Notes under the pieces: generated by a model
Told to the model about the DNA's origin: nothing
Seen by the model: only the letters and a program-made list of their open reading frames with translations
Database searches by the model: none
Translations under genes and position numbers: made by a program
From: Candidatus Wolframiiraptor gerlachensis
GTDB lineage: Archaea > Thermoproteota > Nitrososphaeria_A > Caldarchaeales > Wolframiiraptoraceae
Direction of reading: 5' to 3'
Assembly: GCA_021323375.2 (NCBI GenBank)
Contig: JAJPCT020000018.1
Span: 32,001 to 96,000, forward strand
Length of the DNA: 64,000 nt
Part shown: positions 58,492 through 64,000 of the stretch, one piece after another
Position numbering within the stretch: position 1 is the stretch's first letter
How the letters are laid out: the number at the start of each line of letters is the position of its first letter

Positions 58492-58532
58492 TCGGCCTAT
58501 GCTGAATCGGCCCTAGCTTTAATCATTTCCGG

Positions 58533-59855
58533 CTATTTCGAGCCTGGTTCCCAGCTTCTCAGGTAGTTGATCTGCTCTGGGGTGAGCTCCTCGACCTCGG
58601 CTCCCATGGATTCTAGCTTGAGTTTTGCGACGAGTTCATCGAGCTCCCTCGGCACGTTTAGGACGTCTATCGGGAGTTTTCCCCGGTTTCTCGCGAGGTA
58701 TTCCGCTGATAGGGCTTGTAGGCTGAAAGACATATCCATCACATCGCTTGGATGGCCCTCTGCACAGACGAGATTCACGAGCCTGCCCTCGCCCAGTAGA
58801 TAGAGCCTCCTACCATCCTCAAGAACATACATATCTATGCATGGCAGTATCCTCTCCCTTTTAATGCTCATGGCCTCGAGATCCCTCTTGTCTATCTCGA
58901 CATCAAAGTGGCCGGCGTTCGCTAGGATCGCGCCATCCCTCATGAGTTTGAAATGTTCTCTCCTTATCACCGAGATGTTGCCGGTCGCGGTTATGAAGAG
59001 CTCGCCGTGCGCCGCCGCCTTCTTCATGCTCTCGACCGCGAATCCTTCCATGAGCGCTCTCAGTGCTCTTATCGGGTTTGCCTCGACCACGGTTACCCTC
59101 GCGCCCATCCCCCTGAGCCTCTGAGCTATCCCGGAGCCAACATTCCCGTAACCGACCACGACGACATCCCTCCCTGCGAGGAGCATCCCCGTCGCCCTGA
59201 TAACGCCGTCAAGAGCAGACTGGCCCGTGCCGATCGGGTTATCAAAGAGCTTCTTCGACTCCGCGTCATTCACCGCGATCACAGGGTAGAGGAGCTTCCC
59301 ATCCCTCGCGAGAGCCCTCAGTCTGAGGACGCCTGTCGTCGTCTCCTCGCATCCACCAATCATCCGGCCTAAAAGCTCCCTAACATCGAGATCCCCGATT
59401 ATGGGCCTCACATACTTGAGCTCCTCGGACTCGATACCATAATAGAGCTTATGGATCGTGGAGATAAGATCGGCGCCATCATCTATCGTTATCTGAGGCT
59501 CGTCGGCGAGGACATGGCCTATACACTCGTAGTATTCCCGGGTGGTCTGGCCCCTGAAGGCGTAGACCCTAGTCCCGCGAGCGGCGAGCGCCGCCGCGAC
59601 ATCATCCTGCGTGCTCATGGGGTTCGAGGCGCAGATGCTCACCTCGGCCCCACCCTCCTCAAGAACCTCGACAAGAATCGCGGTCTCAGTCGTGACATGG
59701 AGGCAGGCTCCAATCCTCACACCGTTTAGCGGCTTCTCCCTCCTAAACCTCTCAAGGATCCTCATGAGAACCGGAGTGAAATTCTTCGTCCACTCAATCC
59801 TCCTCTCACCAACCTCGGCCAGGCTCGGATCCCTAATCCAGCTCGTTCCCCTCAT
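58533..59855 (-). CDS. ahcY: S-adenosylhomocysteine hydrolase
   Basis: CLHVT.ETA, SNPMSTQDD, DDGAD, EETTTG, K.LFDN, GHFDVEI, GRLVNL..AEGHP. Confidence 0.96.
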   Translation of the reverse strand: MRGTSWIRDPSLAEVGERRIEWTKNFTPVLMRILERFRREKPLNGVRIGACLHVTTETAILVEVLEEGGAEVSICASNPMSTQDDVAAALAARGTRVYAFRGQTTREYYECIGHVLADEPQITIDDGADLISTIHKLYYGIESEELKYVRPIIGDLDVRELLGRMIGGCEETTTGVLRLRALARDGKLLYPVIAVNDAESKKLFDNPIGTGQSALDGVIRATGMLLAGRDVVVVGYGNVGSGIAQRLRGMGARVTVVEANPIRALRALMEGFAVESMKKAAAHGELFITATGNISVIRREHFKLMRDGAILANAGHFDVEIDKRDLEAMSIKRERILPCIDMYVLEDGRRLYLLGEGRLVNLVCAEGHPSDVMDMSFSLQALSAEYLARNRGKLPIDVLNVPRELDELVAKLKLESMGAEVEELTPEQINYLRSWEPGSK

Positions 59856-59984
59856 CGGCGCTATACAGCAATTCTCGGGGAATTAAGCCTTAGATCTAAA
59901 AGCCCGCCAGCGGCCGAGAATAACTAGTGGATAGCAAAGTGCTGGTTTATTAGCTGCCGAGCCTCAGGTAGGCTCGCTGAGAGG

Positions 59985-60422
59985 TTGAGCTGGGAGGAGC
60001 TTATCAGGACGAAGGAAGGTTATCTTAGGATTCTAGATGAGGTTTTCTCGGCCCTCCCGAGATCTGCTAAGGGGGCCGGTGATAGGGTGATAGTCCTCAA
60101 CCCGGAGATACTTCATGAGAGTAGGAGGACTATTGTGACGAATTTCAAGGATTTAGCGGACAAGCTTAACAGGGATCCATCGCATATCGCGAAGTTCATA
60201 GCGAGGGAGTCGGGTAGGCCGAGCTCCATAGAGGGCGAGAGGCTAATAATCCAGGGCAGGCTCTCGATGGAGGAGCTGAGAAAGCTCCTAGAACTATATG
60301 TCAGGGAGTTCGTGAAATGTCCGATCTGCGGAGGCCTCGATACGAAGATAGTGTCTGAGAGAAGGTTAAGGTTCTTGGTATGTGAGATCTGCGGCGCTAA
60401 GAACCCGGTTCGAAAGCTCTAG
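59985..60422 (+). CDS. eif2b: Translation initiation factor 2 beta subunit
   Basis: RTIVTNF, LNRDP.H, Zn ribbon CPICG..DT...CEICGA. Confidence 0.93.
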   Translation: MSWEELIRTKEGYLRILDEVFSALPRSAKGAGDRVIVLNPEILHESRRTIVTNFKDLADKLNRDPSHIAKFIARESGRPSSIEGERLIIQGRLSMEELRKLLELYVREFVKCPICGGLDTKIVSERRLRFLVCEICGAKNPVRKL

Positions 60423-60471
60423 CAATTGGAGAATTTTTAAGAAGAGGGCTTCCGGCGCTTATCATGGGAGG

Positions 60472-61182
60472 ATGCCGAAAAGCAGGCCGCCGCTGGCCAT
60501 AGAGGTCCTAGATCTTCTGAATCTAGCACGGCTTACGATGGGTATGACAGAGATCCAGCCGCTTTTCTGGCTCTTCGAGCATGGAGATAGGCTGATCCTC
60601 GGAAGCCTCCTCTCAATACCATATTGGCGTGGAGGCTTGCCAATATTCGCATATACACGGGTCTCGGAGGAGGTGCGGAGCGCGTGCTACTTGGCATATA
60701 CTAGCATAGAGCGTGAGGAGGTGTTTTTCACGCGAAGCACCGATAGCAGCCGATACGCCTATGGCCCCATAATAGATGTGGAGAATCCACCCAAGCCCTT
60801 TATCGAGGCCCTCTCCACGAGGCAGCCCCTAAAGCCCAAGCCCATACCGACTAGAGCAAGGAGTCTCTCATCGCTTTTAAGGGCTCTTACGACGCTGAGC
60901 GATGAGGTTGCCTCACCCCCGATATGGCATTATGAGGCTGGGGCGAGGAGGCATATACTCGGCCTACTGACTCTCCTCTACGATTATTATGACGCCGACG
61001 CCCTCCCAATATTCCTATATGTCGAGGTTGAGGAGAGGCCGGGCCCATTCATAAGATACCTAGCACTGGATGGCGAGGAGATAATAGAATACTCCTCGAG
61101 CATGTCCACGCCAAAATACCTGTATGGTAGGGTGGTGACGGTTAAGCAGATGCCCTTCCTAAAATCCTCGGCCAACCGATAG
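60472..61182 (+). CDS. Hypothetical protein made of two tandem copies of one ~110-aa domain (start ATG 60472)
   Basis: Repeated blocks ILG.L...LPIF.Y..V...Y...EE...Y.YG in both halves. Confidence 0.7.
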   Translation: MPKSRPPLAIEVLDLLNLARLTMGMTEIQPLFWLFEHGDRLILGSLLSIPYWRGGLPIFAYTRVSEEVRSACYLAYTSIEREEVFFTRSTDSSRYAYGPIIDVENPPKPFIEALSTRQPLKPKPIPTRARSLSSLLRALTTLSDEVASPPIWHYEAGARRHILGLLTLLYDYYDADALPIFLYVEVEERPGPFIRYLALDGEEIIEYSSSMSTPKYLYGRVVTVKQMPFLKSSANR

Positions 61183-61187
61183 TCTAT

Positions 61188-61331
61188 CTATTGTTTCCAG
61201 AGCTCTTTTTTCAATAAATCTCTGACGGCGGTGCGCATTACAGCGCTTCTACTAGGATAGGCCCCCCTCCTCACGAGCTCGTCCATCCCCTCAATTAATG
61301 CCTCAGGCATCTTAACCGAGATGAGCTTCAT
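61188..61331 (-). CDS. 47-aa ribbon-helix-helix regulator (CopG/CdrS-like), below the ORF-track size cutoff
   Basis: MKLISVKMPEALIEGMDELVRRGAYPSRSAVMRTAVRDLLKKELWKQ; GAGGTG Shine-Dalgarno upstream. Confidence 0.85.
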   Translation of the reverse strand: MKLISVKMPEALIEGMDELVRRGAYPSRSAVMRTAVRDLLKKELWKQ

Positions 61332-61546
61332 ATGCGGATCACCTCGCGTCCCCTAGTATTATCCCGGTCTCTCATAAAACTTTCCAGGGAGCATACGCTC
61401 ACAGCCCTCAGCATACGGTAATACGTGATCGCCGCATCATCAAAAGCTATCAGAAAACGAGAATTTCCTAGAGAATTCCTAATCGCTTGAAACAGCCACG
61501 ATATTAGCCCTTCGCTCTCGGCTCTTAAATCTCGCGCTATCTTAGG

Positions 61547-61554
61547 TTTATAAA
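61547..61554 (+). promoter_or_regulatory. TATA box of the thermosome gene
   Basis: TTTATAAA ~55 nt upstream of the start; GGAGGTG SD before GTG/ATG. Confidence 0.55.
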
Positions 61555-61605
61555 TAACCCCTGCCCACATCATCCCCGGAGATATAGATTGTGTGGAGGT
61601 GAAGA

Positions 61606-63255
61606 GTGAATATGGCGGCGGAAATTCCCGTAATAATTCTCCGTGAAGGGACTAAGAGGGCAAGCGGGAGAGAGGCTCAGCTTAACAATATAATGGTTGC
61701 GAAGGTGATTGCTGAGGCGATGCGCTCCTCCCTGGGGCCAAGGGGCATGGATAAGATGCTTGTTGACAGCTTCGGCGATGTGACGATAACGAGCGACGGC
61801 GCCACGATACTGAAGGAGATGGAGGTTGAGCACCCGGTCGCGAAGATGCTTGTTGAGGTGGCCAAGGCGCAGGACGCTGAGGTTGGAGATGGAACAACAA
61901 CCGTTGTAGTCCTTGCAGGAGAGCTGCTGGCAAAGGCCGAGGAGCTCCTCGAGAAGGAGGTCCACCCATCAATAATAATAGATGGGTACAAGAAGGCGGC
62001 TGTAAAGGCTCTCGAGGTTTATGATCAGATAGCTATCCCGGTCTCGATAGAGGATAGAGAGACTCTTAAGAAGATTGCGAAGACGGCGATGTCGGCTAAG
62101 GTCGTCTCGGAAGACGCGGACTACCTAGCTGGGATAGTTGTTGACGCGGTTCTAAGGGTTGCTGAGCAGGTTAATGGGAAATGGACCGTCGACTTGGATA
62201 ACATAAAGCTGGAGAAGAAGGAGGGCCAGTCGATAAGGGATACATCAATAATTGATGGGATAGTGTTGGATAAGGAGGTCGTCCACCCAGGAATGCCTAA
62301 GATAGTGCATGATGCGAGGATAGCTGTGCTCGACTGCCCGCTTGAGATAGAGAAGACTGAGTTCGATGCCAAGCTCCATATAGAGACGCCGGAGCAAATG
62401 AAGGCCTTCATGGAGCAGGAGGAGCAGATGCTCAAGGAGATGGTGGATAAGATTGCCGCGGCGGGCGCGAACGTGGTTATATGCCAGAAGGGCATAGATG
62501 ATGTGGCACAGCACTTCCTGGCTAGAAGGGGAATATTGGCCGTGAGGAGGGTGAAGAGATCTGATATCGAGAAGGTCGCTAAAGCCACCGGGGCGAGGAT
62601 AATCACAAGAATAGAGGAGATCTCGGAGAAGGATCTCGGAAGGGCGAAGCTCGTTGAGGAGAGGAGGGTTGGCGAGGACAAGATGGTCTTCATAGAGGGA
62701 TGCGAGAACCCGAAGGCGATAACTATCCTAATCAGAGGTGGGACGAAGAGGCTCGTGGATGAGGCTGAGAGGTCGATAAAGGATGCGCTGAATGTGGTGA
62801 AGGACGTGATCGTCGAGCCCAAGATAGTGGCTGGTGGAGGAGCGCCGGAGATAGAGGTTTCTCTAGCGCTGAGGGACCATGCGAAGACATTGCCCGGCAA
62901 GGAGCAACTGGCTGTTGAGAAGTTCGCTGAGGCCGTGGAGATAGTTCCGGCGCAGCTAGCGGAGAACGCAGGCCTGGATCCGATCGAGGCGCTCGTGAAC
63001 CTGAGGGCGAAGCATAAGGAGGGCCAGAGATGGGCTGGGATAAACGTCTTCGAGGGCAAGATCGATGACATGTATAAGCTCAATGTCTTGGAGCCGGTGC
63101 TGGTCAAGAAGCAGGCGATAAAGTCCGCGGTAGAGGCTGCCGCAATGATACTCAGGATTGATGACATAATAGCGGCATCGAGGCTGGAGGAGAAGAAGGG
63201 CGGCAAGGGTAAAGAGGAGAAGGAAGAGGAAGAGACGTCGACATCCACGGACTGA
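61606..63255 (+). CDS. ths: Thermosome subunit (group II chaperonin)
   Basis: [44 protein letters not shown]. Confidence 0.97.
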   Translation: MNMAAEIPVIILREGTKRASGREAQLNNIMVAKVIAEAMRSSLGPRGMDKMLVDSFGDVTITSDGATILKEMEVEHPVAKMLVEVAKAQDAEVGDGTTTVVVLAGELLAKAEELLEKEVHPSIIIDGYKKAAVKALEVYDQIAIPVSIEDRETLKKIAKTAMSAKVVSEDADYLAGIVVDAVLRVAEQVNGKWTVDLDNIKLEKKEGQSIRDTSIIDGIVLDKEVVHPGMPKIVHDARIAVLDCPLEIEKTEFDAKLHIETPEQMKAFMEQEEQMLKEMVDKIAAAGANVVICQKGIDDVAQHFLARRGILAVRRVKRSDIEKVAKATGARIITRIEEISEKDLGRAKLVEERRVGEDKMVFIEGCENPKAITILIRGGTKRLVDEAERSIKDALNVVKDVIVEPKIVAGGGAPEIEVSLALRDHAKTLPGKEQLAVEKFAEAVEIVPAQLAENAGLDPIEALVNLRAKHKEGQRWAGINVFEGKIDDMYKLNVLEPVLVKKQAIKSAVEAAAMILRIDDIIAASRLEEKKGGKGKEEKEEEETSTSTD

Positions 63256-63265
63256 GGATAAGAAA

Positions 63266-63523
63266 ATGAGCGAGGACCCCTATAGAACACGTCCCCTCAC
63301 TAGATATGAGAAGGCTAGGATAATTGCTGGAAGAGCCCTGCAGCTGGCGCTCGGGGCATTCCCGCTCGTTCCAGTAAAGCCCGACGACACGCCGATAGAG
63401 ATAGCCAAGAGGGAGTTTGAAGCAGGAGTCCTTCCGATCATAATCAGGAGGAGAAGGCCTGACGGAAGCTATGTCGACATACCGCTGAAGGATTTGCTGA
63501 AGCCCATCGAGGAGGTCGCATGA
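63266..63523 (+). CDS. rpoK: DNA-directed RNA polymerase subunit K (Rpo6)
   Basis: LTRYEKARII..RALQLALGA, IA.RE...LPIIIRR..PDG. Confidence 0.95.
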   Translation: MSEDPYRTRPLTRYEKARIIAGRALQLALGAFPLVPVKPDDTPIEIAKREFEAGVLPIIIRRRRPDGSYVDIPLKDLLKPIEEVA

Positions 63524-63527
63524 GAAA

Positions 63528-63547
63528 CTTCTCATTTTTCTTTTTTC
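63528..63547 (+). terminator. Oligo-T terminator after ths-rpoK
   Basis: CTTCTCATTTTTCTTTTTTC directly after the rpoK stop. Confidence 0.55.
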
Positions 63548-63652
63548 AAGCCTTTGTGAGAATTTTTCTTCCTCGGGTGTTACCCGGGTATCTATACGGG
63601 GATCCTTTCATACGCATAGTTTAATTCCCGGAGGTGCGTGGTTAGGCCATAG

Positions 63653-64000
63653 ATGTATCGTGCGGGGTTAAGGGAGCTCAAGCTCATCTACTCCTCGAAG
63701 CCTAGATGGTATTTCAGGCAGGCTGAGAGGGTTCTGACAGCGATACTCGAATCGTATCTCTCGATCTTCGAGCCTAGAAAGTTTCTGAGGGCTCTCGCCT
63801 CACCGACATTTTTCGATGGGCTAGTCGCCTCCGCCTCCTTAGATGAGCTGGGAGGCGGGGCCACAACCATAGTCGCGGCGACTCTTAAGAACTTCGTAAG
63901 GCCGGACTCGGGCCTCGCTGTTGTTGGAGGAAAGAAGCCTCATGGCTATAGGGTTCCGGAGGAGCTGGATGAGCTCGCGAGCATCTTCGGGTTCGATGAG
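63653..64000 (+). CDS. Divergent DUF763-like protein, truncated by the window edge
   Basis: MYRAG..L.L....PRW.F, FLR.L..P.FF, TT.V...LK, GLAVVGGK, PEEL follow the DUF763 N-terminal pattern. Confidence 0.6.
   Translation, partial: MYRAGLRELKLIYSSKPRWYFRQAERVLTAILESYLSIFEPRKFLRALASPTFFDGLVASASLDELGGGATTIVAATLKNFVRPDSGLAVVGGKKPHGYRVPEELDELASIFGFDE

Noticed and set aside
62121-63290. 389-aa antisense ORF and the many similar shadow ORFs in the track
   Set aside because: They lie opposite well-supported genes and are Ser/Ile/Leu-rich reverse-frame artefacts of codon bias.
1-64000. CRISPR array, rRNA genes, transposases
   Set aside because: No regularly spaced repeats, rRNA signature sequences or transposase motifs were seen.

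Overview
Archaeal chromosomal DNA, most likely from a thermophilic TACK-group organism. Markers: S25e, a ThermoDBP-related DUF2258 protein, thermosome, fibrillarin, Rpo6, an intron-containing tRNA-Ser and a tungsten-type AOR. Caldarchaeales/'Aigarchaeota' is a plausible but unverified guess. Main contents: (i) a fucA-fucK-glcD-like-AOR deoxysugar locus; (ii) housekeeping and tRNA-modification genes; (iii) a Tat-DUF362/NapG/NapH-like module; (iv) a fragment of the S10/spc ribosomal cluster split between rpl29 and rpp29 by a ~4 kb oxidative-stress cassette with a divergent Lrp gene; (v) a ~16 kb hydrogen island with a group 3b [NiFe] sulfhydrogenase, maturation genes and a five-gene hybrid complex in which a split [NiFe] small subunit is reciprocally fused to the two halves of a degenerate [FeFe] HydA, next to a bifurcating-type HydBC diaphorase; (vi) an Opp/Dpp ABC transporter whose binding protein carries two in-frame stops; (vii) a divergent pair of DUF72 genes with different C-terminal fusions. 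Items absent from the ORF track: a strand-specific ~136-nt rod-like RNA candidate upstream of glmS, a 47-aa CdrS-like RHH gene, a partial DUF763-like gene, and six interrupted genes. No CRISPR array, rRNA gene or transposase was seen. All family calls come from motif recognition by eye, not from database searches.
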